NCBI GenBank assembly: GCA_963693055.1
Contig: OY843751.1
Location: 4,640,001-4,704,000, forward strand
DNA length: 64,000 nucleotides
From: a bacterium
GTDB lineage: Bacteria > Zhuqueibacterota > Zhuqueibacteria > Residuimicrobiales > Krinioviventaceae
Reading direction: 5' to 3'
Part shown: one piece after another, positions 10,907 to 21,713 of the stretch
Position numbering within the stretch: position 1 is the first letter of the stretch
How the letters are laid out: each line of letters starts with the position of its first letter
Position numbers and translations under genes: made by a program
Notes under the pieces: model-generated
What the model saw: the letters and a program-made list of their open reading frames with translations, nothing else
Told to the model about the DNA's origin: nothing
The model's database searches: none

Positions 10907-12448
10907 TTAAGAGACGCCACCAACAGTAATTTTAGAAACCTTGACTGTGGGCAGTCCCAGAGATACCGGTACACTCTGACCGTCTTTACCACAAACCCAG
11001 CCACCTCTGTCCAACTCAAAATCATCTGCCACCATGGTTATGTCCTTGAGTACCTGGGGTCCGTTGCCAATAATATTGACATCTTTGACGGGGCGTGTCA
11101 GTTTACCGTCTTCAATGAGATAACCGGACTTTACATAAAATGTAAAATCTCCGGCGCCAATAAATACCTGACCGTTGGTAAAGGATTTTGCATAAAGACC
11201 TTTTTTCACACTGCCAATGATCTCATCCTTTTTATGAGGTCCGGGCAGCATATACGTATTTCGCATTCGCGGCAGGGGCGCGTGTCTGAATGACTGCCGA
11301 CGGCCGCTTCCGGTCGGGTTTACTTTATAGTATTTTGCGCTTATACGATCATGTAGGTAGCTGCGTAAAACACCATCCTGTACAAGGAACGTCTTTTCTG
11401 TATCGTTGCCTTCATCATCTATATTAATGGAACCCCGAATATTGGGATTGGTTCCGTCATCTACTATATTGACAATGTTCTCTGCAACAGGTTTGTTAAT
11501 TTGATCTGAAAAAATTGAAATTTCTTTGCGGTTAAAATCCGCTTCCATACCATGGCCAATAGCTTCATGCAACAATATTCCGGAACCACCAGCCGCTAAA
11601 ACCACTTCCATCTCACCCGCTTCGGGTTTGACAGCCTCAAACAGTGATACGGTGCGCTCAACAGCTTCGGTTGCAAGCTCTTCAATACGGTCCGGAGTAT
11701 AAAACTCGATGCCGTACCGACCCGATAGGTTATAACCATTCTGCTCCTTTTTACCATCCTGTTCAGCTGTACAATATACTCCCATATAAGTCAGAGGCTG
11801 ATAATCATAAGCAATCTTGCCTTCTGATGTGGCAATGAGAATCTTGGACACTTCGTTAGTAAACGTAATTCGGGACTTTATAATTCGCGGATCTTTAGCA
11901 AACACCTTGTCGTTTACGGTTTGTAACAGCGGGATCTTGCGATCAATGCTAACATCCTGCCAGGATGTTTTAATAGGATAATAATTCGGGGTTTTTTGTA
12001 GATTAAATTCTACAGGCGCTATAGTCTTTGAACTGTTGGCAATATTTGCCGCTGTTTTTGCAGCCAATAGCATGGCATCTCGGGTCAATTCCTCGGTAAA
12101 GGAATAACCGGTCTGGTCTCCTTTTAACACACGAATACCCACACCCAGATCAATGTCTGAATAGGCACGATTCACAGCCTTGTCTTCAAGACCGACATAA
12201 TTGTATATCTTGTTTTGAAAATACACATCACAATAATCACCACCCATTGACATGCCGGCAGCAATGATTTCTGAAATCAGTTTTTCATCAACGCCAAACA
12301 ATGCAAAATAATCGTTCAAAGATTGGGTTTCCATAGCCATCACCTTTTCTACATCACCCGAAATGATCAGAGGAACACTCAACGAGGCCGCAGCCACCCC
12401 GGTTGCGCTGTTTTTAATAAACTCTCGTCGCGTAAATTTTGGACACAT
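10907..12448 (-). CDS. tldD: TldD family metalloprotease with N-terminal Tat signal
   Basis: LLHEAIGHGME, PRMRNT and CGKDGQSVPV motifs; N-terminus TRREFIK. Confidence 0.92.
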   Translation of the reverse strand: MCPKFTRREFIKNSATGVAAASLSVPLIISGDVEKVMAMETQSLNDYFALFGVDEKLISEIIAAGMSMGGDYCDVYFQNKIYNYVGLEDKAVNRAYSDIDLGVGIRVLKGDQTGYSFTEELTRDAMLLAAKTAANIANSSKTIAPVEFNLQKTPNYYPIKTSWQDVSIDRKIPLLQTVNDKVFAKDPRIIKSRITFTNEVSKILIATSEGKIAYDYQPLTYMGVYCTAEQDGKKEQNGYNLSGRYGIEFYTPDRIEELATEAVERTVSLFEAVKPEAGEMEVVLAAGGSGILLHEAIGHGMEADFNRKEISIFSDQINKPVAENIVNIVDDGTNPNIRGSINIDDEGNDTEKTFLVQDGVLRSYLHDRISAKYYKVNPTGSGRRQSFRHAPLPRMRNTYMLPGPHKKDEIIGSVKKGLYAKSFTNGQVFIGAGDFTFYVKSGYLIEDGKLTRPVKDVNIIGNGPQVLKDITMVADDFELDRGGWVCGKDGQSVPVSLGLPTVKVSKITVGGVS

Positions 12449-12518
12449 AGGCCCTCCAAATTCTGTATTCGTTACGATGCTTTCTATTTTAAATATTTAC
12501 GTAAAAACGGTCCAGGGG

Positions 12519-13658
12519 TTACAATTTGTCCCGTTTAATCAACAATCCGGTAATATTTCTTGTAATTTTATAAATCAGATCACCGGCATTCTGAATTGCT
12601 GCTTCCAATGACATTGGGCCATTGCATATTGAAAAACAACCGCTTAGCCCTGTTTCTTCCAGAGATTTTTGTGACGCGGTTACACTTCCCGCAACAGCAA
12701 TTACCGGCACGTTATATTTTCCCGCAACGTTGCAGATGCCTGCAATAGTCTTGCCAAAAACGATCTGATCATCAATCCGTCCCTCGCCGGAAATTATATA
12801 ATCCGCGTCTTGAATACGCTCCTCAAAACGGCACTCGTTCAAGACCAGTTCCACACCGGATTTTAATTCCGCATCCAAAAATGCTACCAAACCACCGCCC
12901 AGCCCACCGGCTGCGCCAGCACCCGGTATATTGCGAACATCTTTGTGCGCTTGAAGGATATTGGCAAGATGTTTCATATTTCCTTCCAGTTCATCACACA
13001 CTTCCGGTGACGCGCCTTTTTGCGGAGAATAGACATATACCGCACCATTTTCACCCAACAACGGATTGGTTACATCACAAGCGGCAGAGATGTGAATATG
13101 GTATGTATCCAGCTCCAGCCCACTGTTATCCACCCGGCTTACCCTGCCCATCAGGTGTCCGTTCATTTTTTCGGTAATTTCTTTATCTTTAGAGTCAAAA
13201 AATTTCACACCCAATGCCTGCGCCATCCCCGTACCCAGATCTGTGGTGGCCGAACCGCCAATGCCCATAATAATGCGCTTGCAGCCACGCGCTATAGCAT
13301 TACGCACAAGCTCTCCGGTACCAAAAGTAGTAGTTTTCAAAGGATTCCGTTGTTCAACCGGGACCAGCATCAATCCGCTTGCGGCAGCCATTTCAATAAT
13401 GGCAGTTTTACCATCACCCAATATGCCCCATTGCGCGTTTACAGGTTCTCCCAAAGGCCCTGTTACCATCGAGTTCTGCATAGTACCATTCGTTGCCGTA
13501 ACCAGGGTTTCTACAGTGCCTTCTCCTCCATCCGCAACGGGGATGGATTCGGTAATTATAGATGCATCCTGCGCATGGATCGCTTTTTCAATAACCGCGC
13601 ACACCTCTACAGCGGAAAGACTGTCTTTAAAAGAATCCGGCGCAATAATTATCTTCAT
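12519..13658 (-). CDS. glxK: Glycerate kinase (GlxK/GarK family)
   Basis: IAPDSFKDSL, ADGGEGT, GIGGSATTD, GAGAAGG, GEGRID. Confidence 0.92.
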   Translation of the reverse strand: MKIIIAPDSFKDSLSAVEVCAVIEKAIHAQDASIITESIPVADGGEGTVETLVTATNGTMQNSMVTGPLGEPVNAQWGILGDGKTAIIEMAAASGLMLVPVEQRNPLKTTTFGTGELVRNAIARGCKRIIMGIGGSATTDLGTGMAQALGVKFFDSKDKEITEKMNGHLMGRVSRVDNSGLELDTYHIHISAACDVTNPLLGENGAVYVYSPQKGASPEVCDELEGNMKHLANILQAHKDVRNIPGAGAAGGLGGGLVAFLDAELKSGVELVLNECRFEERIQDADYIISGEGRIDDQIVFGKTIAGICNVAGKYNVPVIAVAGSVTASQKSLEETGLSGCFSICNGPMSLEAAIQNAGDLIYKITRNITGLLIKRDKL

Positions 13659-13830
13659 ATGTTATCCTCGGTTTAAAGAAAAGTTAGTGTTTTTACTGCA
13701 AATTGCAAGCAAATAATCTAAAACATTGCTTATAAACAAGATAATAACCGTAATCCTATTCAATAAAAAAAACTTGATATTTTTACTTTTTTCGCTTATA
13801 CTAAAACAGGGTCATTATAGGGGAGTAGAT

Positions 13831-14844
13831 ATGAAATTTTATTATTATATCACAATCATTGGTATTTTATTCGTTTCCTGCTGGAACAAACAAAAACATG
13901 ACATAACCCGCCCTGTTGTGCCGCATTATAATTTTTACGGTACCACTCTGGATTATGTAACCGGGGAACCGGTTCCCAATGCAACTTTAAAAGTCACCGG
14001 GCAATATATGCTTTATGATATTGAATTTCCTACCCAAATTGTACAATCTGACAGTATGGGAAATTACAGCATTGATCCCATTTACCCCGGTACTTATACC
14101 CTGAGTTTGAATATTGATGACTGCTGGTTAAATGAATTCAGGTTACAAATTGACCATGAGGACCGACTCATGGATATAAATATACCGGAAACATTTATTA
14201 CCAAAAATTTTGAAAACGATCCTACATCAATATACAGATATGTGAATGCGAGTTATCCCTGTTTCGCTATAAACAGCCTTACCGGTGTTTTACCCGTCAA
14301 AACTGTGAATAGATCAACAGGTGAAGCAAGATATTTTTTCAGCAAACTATCATTAAAATACGGAGTAGGTATATTTCGTTCCGCCCGGGAAACTGAAACG
14401 GACTTGTCTTTCACTCATCAGCTCTCTATAGGAAATGGATTATACTATACCTTTAAACATCCGGATTCTATCAAAGTATTCGATCAGGTCCAGTGCACCT
14501 TTATACAATCCATTGCAACCGGTATCAATATTAAAGATATTGCTTTTAATATATATGACAGGACCTTGTACGCCTGCACGGACTCACTCCTCTATTCTAT
14601 AGATCCAGACTCGTACGAGCCTACGGAAGTCGCTCCGCTGCCCCTGACCGGTGTGTCTTTATTTACATGGCACAGGAATACTTTATATTTACTCAAAGAT
14701 GATTTGTTATTCAGACTGGATGAGAACCTGGCAATTGACAAGGTTATGGCACTCGTAGACAAGGATTATACCAGTCAATATGTTAGCATTTACGATATGG
14801 CATTTGATGGGTACGATAATTTGTGGGTCAGCATTCAGGAATAA
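13831..14844 (+). CDS. Lipoprotein with carboxypeptidase-regulatory-like domain and beta-propeller-like C-terminus
   Basis: GGAG RBS before ATG 13831; lipobox-like FVSC; D..TGEPVPNA and SDSMGNYSI..PGTYTL patterns. Confidence 0.6.
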   Translation: MKFYYYITIIGILFVSCWNKQKHDITRPVVPHYNFYGTTLDYVTGEPVPNATLKVTGQYMLYDIEFPTQIVQSDSMGNYSIDPIYPGTYTLSLNIDDCWLNEFRLQIDHEDRLMDINIPETFITKNFENDPTSIYRYVNASYPCFAINSLTGVLPVKTVNRSTGEARYFFSKLSLKYGVGIFRSARETETDLSFTHQLSIGNGLYYTFKHPDSIKVFDQVQCTFIQSIATGINIKDIAFNIYDRTLYACTDSLLYSIDPDSYEPTEVAPLPLTGVSLFTWHRNTLYLLKDDLLFRLDENLAIDKVMALVDKDYTSQYVSIYDMAFDGYDNLWVSIQE

Positions 14845-14946
14845 AATTTTGGATATATCAAACGGATTCATATTTCCGCAAATCCTGAAATAATCCTATA
14901 ATATGTATATGTTATACAGATAACATTTAACAACAGGGGTATTTCA

Positions 14947-15900
14947 ATGCATTATGAAGCCATATCCAAAACAGAAAAGAAAAAACTGGAAAAACTGCGC
15001 GAGATCATCCACGATCATAAACTGCCGAGAAAGACACTGGACAGTAATCTTTTAATCTCTACGTTCAACATTCGCAAGTTTGGCAACAAACCACGCGAGA
15101 GCTATGCTATAAACGCTCTGGCAGAGATCTGCTCAAATTTTGATATCATTGCCATACAGGAGCTGCGCTCGAATCTGGATGATTTGGACCGCCTCATGAA
15201 AGTACTGGGTAACCATTGGAAAGCCATATTCAACGATCCTGCCGGTGAGGCCATGAATCCCGGTAACGATGAACGATTGGGATATCTTTACGACAGCCGC
15301 AAATTGACCTTTACCGGTATGGCCGCGGAATTGATGGTAACGGACGATTTCCTGAAAACCGCCGGCATTCCGGATGATCACATGAGCGTGCCCTGGCGGG
15401 TCCCCTATATGGTTTCGTTCAAGACCAGTACTTTTGATTTTGTGCTGCTGACCGTGCACATTCAGTGGAATTCCAAAGGCGGCATTACCGCCCGCTCCAA
15501 AGAGATTGAAATGATCACCAATTGGATTGGTAATCGGGTTAACAAGGCCAAGATCTATGATCCCGATATCTTTGTATTGGGAGATTTCAACATCCCTTCA
15601 ATCCGCAGCAAAACTTTTAAAGCGCTGGAAGAACACGGACTGGTGGTGCACAAAAAGCTGCGCAAAATCAAAACCAACCTGAAACAGAACGCGCATTACG
15701 ACCAGATTGCCTATTACGAACAAAACACGGATTGCGAGGTTTCAAAGGCCGGTGTGATCAATTTTTACGACGCCTTTTTCAAAGACGATATGCCAGACTC
15801 GGCATACAAGGCCCTCACTTTTCAGCTATCCGACCACCTTCCCCTCTGGGCCGAATTCAAAATCAACGAGGTTGAGCTGGACAAGTATGTGTATCAATGA
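14947..15900 (+). CDS. DNase I-like endonuclease/exonuclease/phosphatase
   Basis: TFNIRKFG, IQEL, ERLGYLYD, LGDFN, YDQI, SDHLP. Confidence 0.88.
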   Translation: MHYEAISKTEKKKLEKLREIIHDHKLPRKTLDSNLLISTFNIRKFGNKPRESYAINALAEICSNFDIIAIQELRSNLDDLDRLMKVLGNHWKAIFNDPAGEAMNPGNDERLGYLYDSRKLTFTGMAAELMVTDDFLKTAGIPDDHMSVPWRVPYMVSFKTSTFDFVLLTVHIQWNSKGGITARSKEIEMITNWIGNRVNKAKIYDPDIFVLGDFNIPSIRSKTFKALEEHGLVVHKKLRKIKTNLKQNAHYDQIAYYEQNTDCEVSKAGVINFYDAFFKDDMPDSAYKALTFQLSDHLPLWAEFKINEVELDKYVYQ

Positions 15901-16226
15901 TAAAAAACATGAGTGGATTACAATATTTCCCCCCTCACATTGATCGCAATGCAGATCCCTTCATCGCGGAATATTTTACCGGGATATATATCCCGCTATA
16001 TTTCTTTTAGTACCAGGACAAATATCCTGAAAAATATTCCGCCCGGTACCCGCAATCAAGCAGATACCGGATGATCATACATTCACAAAATCTTATTTGA
16101 TGAACAAAACCTTTTCAACCAACGTCCGGTGCTCCGCATTCATTTTTACAAAATAATCATATGAGGGCAAAACTGCTGACAGTATCATCGGGCAAAAACC
16201 GCAAGAATTCGATTTGGTTTCGAATA

Positions 16227-17540
16227 TTAAAATCCTTCCCAATCTACTGCCGTATCATCCAGACGAATGGCTTCCTGGATGGCCCCCGAATACCCCGGTT
16301 TGATCAGGTTCACATAGTCCCACACAATACGCTTTACCGGAGTAACTTCAAACACCCGGCCTTTGGTAGTCTCGGTTATAAGCAGGTTTCCGTTCGCAAG
16401 CCACTGGTGCTTGCCCATAAGGTTCGAATAAAATGGTCCGTTCTCGCTCCCCTCGTACCAGACCTCAACACTGCCGTCAGTCACATCTTCTATCAGAATC
16501 CGACTTTTGCCTGCAGGACTCTCATCCGGCAGTTGATTATTATTATCATAAACGGATATATGGTTACCATCAATAAAATCGGGATCATGTTGCCGCACAT
16601 ACTTGCCGGTACTGATATATTTAATTTTCAACGTTACCGGATCAAAAACCAGTACCGTATTGATATTTCGTAACGACACCATCACATCCCCGGGTACAAA
16701 CACTCCCGGCTGCATTGAAGACGGGAAAATCTCAACATCGTTCAGATGCAAAAGGTCTCCGGTTACATTTGTATGTTCGTTATCAATATTGGACATGTTC
16801 AACAGTCCCATATAACCATTGTCTTTTAACAGCGAAAACAGTCCAATCTGTCTGAGAATCTCACCTGTATCCGGTGCAATCTTTAGTACAAGCGGTTCAA
16901 TCAGCCACGGCAACAGGTTTGGAAATCCATCTATTGGCTCATCATGATCAATCTGTCCACACACCCATATAAATCCATCTTCATCCACAAAAACCGAGTG
17001 ATGGGTACGGTGCGCCAGTTTCCAAATCACTTTACCTTGCAGGTCCATTCGCACCAGTCCCAAATGATCAAAATTAAATACTATATCGCCATTGGGCATT
17101 AATTTTATGCCGTGTATCTGGGTGCCGGGCAGGGATTTGGGAACAAACTCGTTTTTTACATGTTCACAATCCGGCCAGATTTCAAACCAGTCAATACGCC
17201 ATTGATGGACTATCTCTCCCTCAAAATCTATGCTCTTGACACTCAGAACCTTGTCCGCGTCAATAGAAGATATCAACGTCAATCCCGGCTGGACCGCTGT
17301 ACTGTCATAAACCTGAACAGGCTTGTCTAATTCGGTTTCATGAAAAAACCATGTATCCTGTCCTGTAATTTGGTCTTTAAAATCACTGGCAGTAGTAAAG
17401 GCATTTCTGATCAATGGATACGGAAAAATTTTCATTCGCTGGGTTAAAAATCCATATACAAAAAACAGAAAACACAATGAAAAGATAAATAATAAGAACG
17501 GCAGGTGTTGGAAAAATCGATTTGCGGATTTTGGAGACAA
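16227..17540 (-). CDS. Arylsulfotransferase (ASST) family protein
   Basis: THHSV, LHLNDVE, SLRNIN, QHDPDF and NGNLLITE motifs; GAGGT RBS before the TTG start. Confidence 0.8.
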   Translation of the reverse strand: MSPKSANRFFQHLPFLLFIFSLCFLFFVYGFLTQRMKIFPYPLIRNAFTTASDFKDQITGQDTWFFHETELDKPVQVYDSTAVQPGLTLISSIDADKVLSVKSIDFEGEIVHQWRIDWFEIWPDCEHVKNEFVPKSLPGTQIHGIKLMPNGDIVFNFDHLGLVRMDLQGKVIWKLAHRTHHSVFVDEDGFIWVCGQIDHDEPIDGFPNLLPWLIEPLVLKIAPDTGEILRQIGLFSLLKDNGYMGLLNMSNIDNEHTNVTGDLLHLNDVEIFPSSMQPGVFVPGDVMVSLRNINTVLVFDPVTLKIKYISTGKYVRQHDPDFIDGNHISVYDNNNQLPDESPAGKSRILIEDVTDGSVEVWYEGSENGPFYSNLMGKHQWLANGNLLITETTKGRVFEVTPVKRIVWDYVNLIKPGYSGAIQEAIRLDDTAVDWEGF

Positions 17541-17719
17541 AACATTACCTCATCATCTACTAGGAGACAATGTAACAGGTTTGACAAGAAATTGCAAGTA
17601 CAATGTAGGCGGCCTATATAAAAAAATTCACCAAAATTCGCAATTTTAGGTTGACCGGCTTGAATATTTTCGTTATAATTCAAAATACACATTTTACAAT
17701 TACAACCGGAGAATCCCAA

Positions 17720-19189
17720 ATGGCCAGGCAAATTAACAGACGCAGTTTTATGAAACAGACGGGTGTACTTGCGGCAGCATCCTTGACGCTCACCCATTGT
17801 TCCAAATCCAGCAAAAAACCCAATATTATTTTTGTTATGGCAGACGATCTGGGTTATGGTCACCTGGGGTGCTATGGACAAAAATATATCAAAACCCCCA
17901 ATATCGATACAATGGCAAAAGAGGGCCTCAAATTTTCTCAGGCATATTCCGGTTGTACAGTTTGCGCGCCCTCACGCAGTGCGCTCATGACCGGTACCCA
18001 CACCGGCCATACATCTGTACGAGGCAACGGCGGTGGTGCTTCGCTTCAGGCCAATGATGTTACTGTTGCACAACTGTTACAAAAATCCGGCTACAAAACC
18101 GGACTCTTTGGCAAGTGGGGCCTCGCTGATGAAGGCAAAGCAGGTATCCCTAATAAAATGGGATTTGACCAGTTCTTTGGTTACCTGCACCAATTGCACG
18201 CTCAATTCTATTATCCCGAGTTCCTTTGGAACAATGAGAAAAAACATCACCTGCCCGAAAATGCAAATTTTGGACGTAAAACCTATTCTCCCGATCTGAT
18301 CATGGAAAAAGCCTTTGAATTTGTACGTCAAAATAAAGACAATCCGTTTTTTCTCTATCTGCCTACCACCATTCCGCACCACGAGTTTATCGCTCCGGAA
18401 GAAGATTTAAAAGAGTATCGCGGCAAATTCCCCGAAGTCAAAGTAGCCCATTGGCGCGACAATTACGCTCTGCCCGAAGAACCCAAAGCCACCTTTGCGG
18501 CCATGGTCACCCATCTGGACAAACAAGTGGGTAAACTGTTTGCCTTGATACAGGAACTTGGGCTCGATGATAATACCATCATCTTTTTCACATCGGACAA
18601 TGGCGGCGCGCAGGGCCCGCTTGAAAACGCGGAATTCTTTGAAGCCAATAAATCTTTTCGCGGATACAAAAGAGATCTGTACGAAGGCGGTATCCGTATC
18701 CCCATGATTGTTCGCTGGCCGGGCAAGGTCCAATCCTCTGCCGAAACCGACCAGGTTACCTATTTCCCGGATATGCTGCCCACTTTTCTTGAGCTGGCCG
18801 GAGCAAAATCCATGGTCCCGGCAGATACGGACGGACTCTCGATTGTACCTACTATCCTGAACACTGGCGAGCAAAAACAGCACGATTTTCTCTACTGGGA
18901 AGACGCGGAATATAAACGCACCGGATCATACCTGGAAGAACCGGGCACACTCATGCAGGCCGTACGCATGGGTAACTGGAAGGGCGTTAAAAACAATCCG
19001 GGTGCGGACATTGAATTGTATGACCTCGGTAAAGATATTGAGGAAAAGAACAACATTGCCGATAAACATCCGGATGTGGTAAACAAGATCGCAAACATCA
19101 TGAAAACCGAGCACAGACAAGCTCCCCCACAAGTGGACTTGACCGTTGCCGAAGCCAAAGATCTCTATATACCCAAACCGGCGAAATAA
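17720..19189 (+). CDS. Cys-type sulfatase (S1), Tat-exported
   Basis: NRRSFMK; ADDLGY, CAPSR, GKW, SDNG, LYEGGIRIP. Confidence 0.93.
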   Translation: MARQINRRSFMKQTGVLAAASLTLTHCSKSSKKPNIIFVMADDLGYGHLGCYGQKYIKTPNIDTMAKEGLKFSQAYSGCTVCAPSRSALMTGTHTGHTSVRGNGGGASLQANDVTVAQLLQKSGYKTGLFGKWGLADEGKAGIPNKMGFDQFFGYLHQLHAQFYYPEFLWNNEKKHHLPENANFGRKTYSPDLIMEKAFEFVRQNKDNPFFLYLPTTIPHHEFIAPEEDLKEYRGKFPEVKVAHWRDNYALPEEPKATFAAMVTHLDKQVGKLFALIQELGLDDNTIIFFTSDNGGAQGPLENAEFFEANKSFRGYKRDLYEGGIRIPMIVRWPGKVQSSAETDQVTYFPDMLPTFLELAGAKSMVPADTDGLSIVPTILNTGEQKQHDFLYWEDAEYKRTGSYLEEPGTLMQAVRMGNWKGVKNNPGADIELYDLGKDIEEKNNIADKHPDVVNKIANIMKTEHRQAPPQVDLTVAEAKDLYIPKPAK

Positions 19190-19205
19190 TACAGGACCCC
19201 AACCC

Positions 19206-20207
19206 ATGAAACGTCGAAACTTTATCAAATCAATATCATTGGGTTCAGCCGTGGCTGCTTCCCCTTTTGCCATTAGCGGATGCAGTAAAAAATCTGCCCC
19301 GGCCATCCAAATGACGCACAGCTCTAATGATTATAATGCTACTATCCGTTTTGCCGCATTGGAAAAACCATTGACGGTTATGCATATTGCGGACTCGCAC
19401 ATAACCAAACTCGATGATTCGGAAAAAGAGTTCCATGCTTATGGCAAGCGAATGGACAATGCTTTTCACAAAGTTGAGCATTACCAAACGGGCAAGACCG
19501 CCAGTTCGACCGATCATTTTCTGGAGCTGTTATCTACAATCGACAAGGACATCATCGACCTTTTGGTTCTCACCGGAGATATAGTCAACAATCCTTCCAA
19601 ATCCAGTGTCAACTATGTATGCAGCTTGCTTAAGGATACCGGAGTGCCGTATCTCTATATTGCGGGTAATCACGACTGGCATTATGAGGGCATGCAAGGT
19701 TCCGCGAACAAACTGCGCAAAACCTGGACGCAGAACAGTCTGCTGCCTTTTTTTGATGGATTGGATCCCATGAATTACGCCAAACAGATCAATGGCATCA
19801 ATTTTATTGGTATCGACAATTCTACCTATCAGGTCAATGCGGAACAATTGGCTTTTTTCAAGAACGAACTTGACCGGGGTCTGCCAGCAGTGCTGATGGT
19901 GCACATCCCCATTTACACCCAAGACCACAGGGGTGCCTCGTGCGGTAATCCCCACTGGGGATGGGAAACGGACAGAGGCTACGAGATTGAACGGCGTGAG
20001 CGCTGGCCCAAAAGCGGCAACCTGCAGTCTACACTGGACTTTGTACAGTTGGTCGAAAACAGTCCATGCCCCTTGACAGTACTGGGCGGACATAACCACA
20101 GACCCATCACCGAGGTTATATCGCCATCAACCGTCCAATATACCACAAACGCCGCCAAAGGCGGCGCCGCAAGAGTATTAAAATTTTTACCCATGAATCA
20201 AATTTAA
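19206..20207 (+). CDS. Calcineurin-like metallophosphoesterase, Tat-exported
   Basis: KRRNFIK; DSH, GD, GNHD, HIP, GHNH. Confidence 0.88.
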   Translation: MKRRNFIKSISLGSAVAASPFAISGCSKKSAPAIQMTHSSNDYNATIRFAALEKPLTVMHIADSHITKLDDSEKEFHAYGKRMDNAFHKVEHYQTGKTASSTDHFLELLSTIDKDIIDLLVLTGDIVNNPSKSSVNYVCSLLKDTGVPYLYIAGNHDWHYEGMQGSANKLRKTWTQNSLLPFFDGLDPMNYAKQINGINFIGIDNSTYQVNAEQLAFFKNELDRGLPAVLMVHIPIYTQDHRGASCGNPHWGWETDRGYEIERRERWPKSGNLQSTLDFVQLVENSPCPLTVLGGHNHRPITEVISPSTVQYTTNAAKGGAARVLKFLPMNQI

Positions 20208-20215
20208 CAACGACT

Positions 20216-20243
20216 CCCCCCGATATAAAAGTATCGGGGGTTT
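20216..20243. terminator. Hairpin between convergent genes, probable bidirectional terminator
   Basis: cccccgata-taaaag-tatcggggg between the stops at 20207 and 20255. Confidence 0.6.
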
Positions 20244-20254
20244 AAGATATCCCC

Positions 20255-21526
20255 TTATTTTGTCAGCACCATCTTGATCGTTTGCTCTTCGGTGCCGCTT
20301 TTCAACGTACAGAAATAAACACCAGACGGCAGTTCTTTTGCAGAAAACTGAATCTGATATTGCCCGGGTTCCTGGTAACCATGGATCAATGGCTCAACCT
20401 CTTTTCCCAGGGCGTTGTAAACTTTCACATCCACCAATCTGCGTTTTTCCAGAGTATAGGTTATAGATGTTGTGGGATTAAAAGGATTGGGATAATTCTG
20501 CATTAACCGCATTTCCGTTGGCACCGTCACCCCACTCTCAATTACTGTTTCGTTTTGCATTCGCTCGATTTGAAGCTGCTGTAAATCCGCCCAGCCAATG
20601 AGATGTATGCCTTCACTCTCGATCAGGTTCCGCATTTCTGCCGAGTCAAACACACGGTAATCATAATCCCGATTGCGCCACCGGCTGGTAATGGCCTTGA
20701 TCTCGTCTGATTCCACCGCTGCATGTATATACAACTCGGTCACACCCGGTTCTAAATTTTTAATCATATTACTGTATGCGTTCAGGGCATCCTCATAAGA
20801 ATCGCCATAGTCAGAGATCACTTTGAGATAATCGGGCAATACAAATCCTTCATTCACCATCGAATCCGCCAGGGCTATTAGTTCAGCTTGTCGTGCTTCT
20901 GGAATCGCTTCTGTCCAGGGTGGGGATAATTTCCTCGGCAAACGAAACGGCAGATTGTATTCCCGACTGATGTTAAAAATTGCGTCAAAGAAATCCTTAC
21001 CAAATGCCAGTCCGTAAACACTGCCCATATGATTGTCAATATGAGTGGGGGTAATACCAAAAGTAATGGCCTTTTCCACCTGTGCGGTAAGTTCGGTTTT
21101 TACTTCATCCGCATCACCATGCAGCTCCACATACAGCTCGCTTTCCGGGAAAAAACCTTCCCAGGTCAATAGAGATGGAATAGCGCTCGATGACGCAACG
21201 CCGCCCCATTTGTAATCTCCCCATTCTGCGGTTAGTGTCAAATGCACGCCTACATCCAGTGTAGGATTCTCGACACAAAATTTGGCGGCTTCCCTGAACC
21301 ACCCACACGGCACCATGATTGTTGACGAGGATATCCCACCGCTTTGTAGCAGATCCATAGTTGCCTCGTTCTCGGCATGACACATACCAAAGTCATCCGC
21401 GTTAATGATCAACACCCGGGCATCACTGTCATACCCCAGCATCTCGGCAGTGGACAATCCAAAGCTCATTTGGGGAATTAAAGCACATATAATTACAAAA
21501 ACAATCAAATTGATATCTTTTCGCAT
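20255..21526 (-). CDS. ChbG/YdjC-family deacetylase with C-terminal secretion (T9SS type A-like) sorting domain
   Basis: NADDFG, GVHLTL, HIDNHM, ELYIH; C-terminal QNYPNPFNPTTSITY...LPSGVYF...KMVLTK. Confidence 0.88.
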   Translation of the reverse strand: MRKDINLIVFVIICALIPQMSFGLSTAEMLGYDSDARVLIINADDFGMCHAENEATMDLLQSGGISSSTIMVPCGWFREAAKFCVENPTLDVGVHLTLTAEWGDYKWGGVASSSAIPSLLTWEGFFPESELYVELHGDADEVKTELTAQVEKAITFGITPTHIDNHMGSVYGLAFGKDFFDAIFNISREYNLPFRLPRKLSPPWTEAIPEARQAELIALADSMVNEGFVLPDYLKVISDYGDSYEDALNAYSNMIKNLEPGVTELYIHAAVESDEIKAITSRWRNRDYDYRVFDSAEMRNLIESEGIHLIGWADLQQLQIERMQNETVIESGVTVPTEMRLMQNYPNPFNPTTSITYTLEKRRLVDVKVYNALGKEVEPLIHGYQEPGQYQIQFSAKELPSGVYFCTLKSGTEEQTIKMVLTK

Positions 21527-21713
21527 CCTACATCCGATCCTGTTTTTTTTAAGCTCTTGATGAATTAATTCAATTAAAATAAGCGAAAACCCTCAAAAGC
21601 ACAATCTCTTTTTCTGTCAACTCGGGATTATTCTTTTACTTGCTGAAAAGACTTTTTTCCCTCTCGGTTGCCCGAAACAAAATTAAAATTATGATTATTA
21701 ATTAGGAGGTTCT

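Noticed and set aside
7579-12448. RiPP cluster (nitroreductase + TldD/E)
   Set aside because: No YcaO, no precursor peptide, and the genes are not co-oriented.
13020-13716. Long antisense ORFs (also 19530-20099, 37728-38285, 49267-49902, 60087-60584, 63676-63996)
   Set aside because: Shadows of well-supported genes on the opposite strand, with no motifs.
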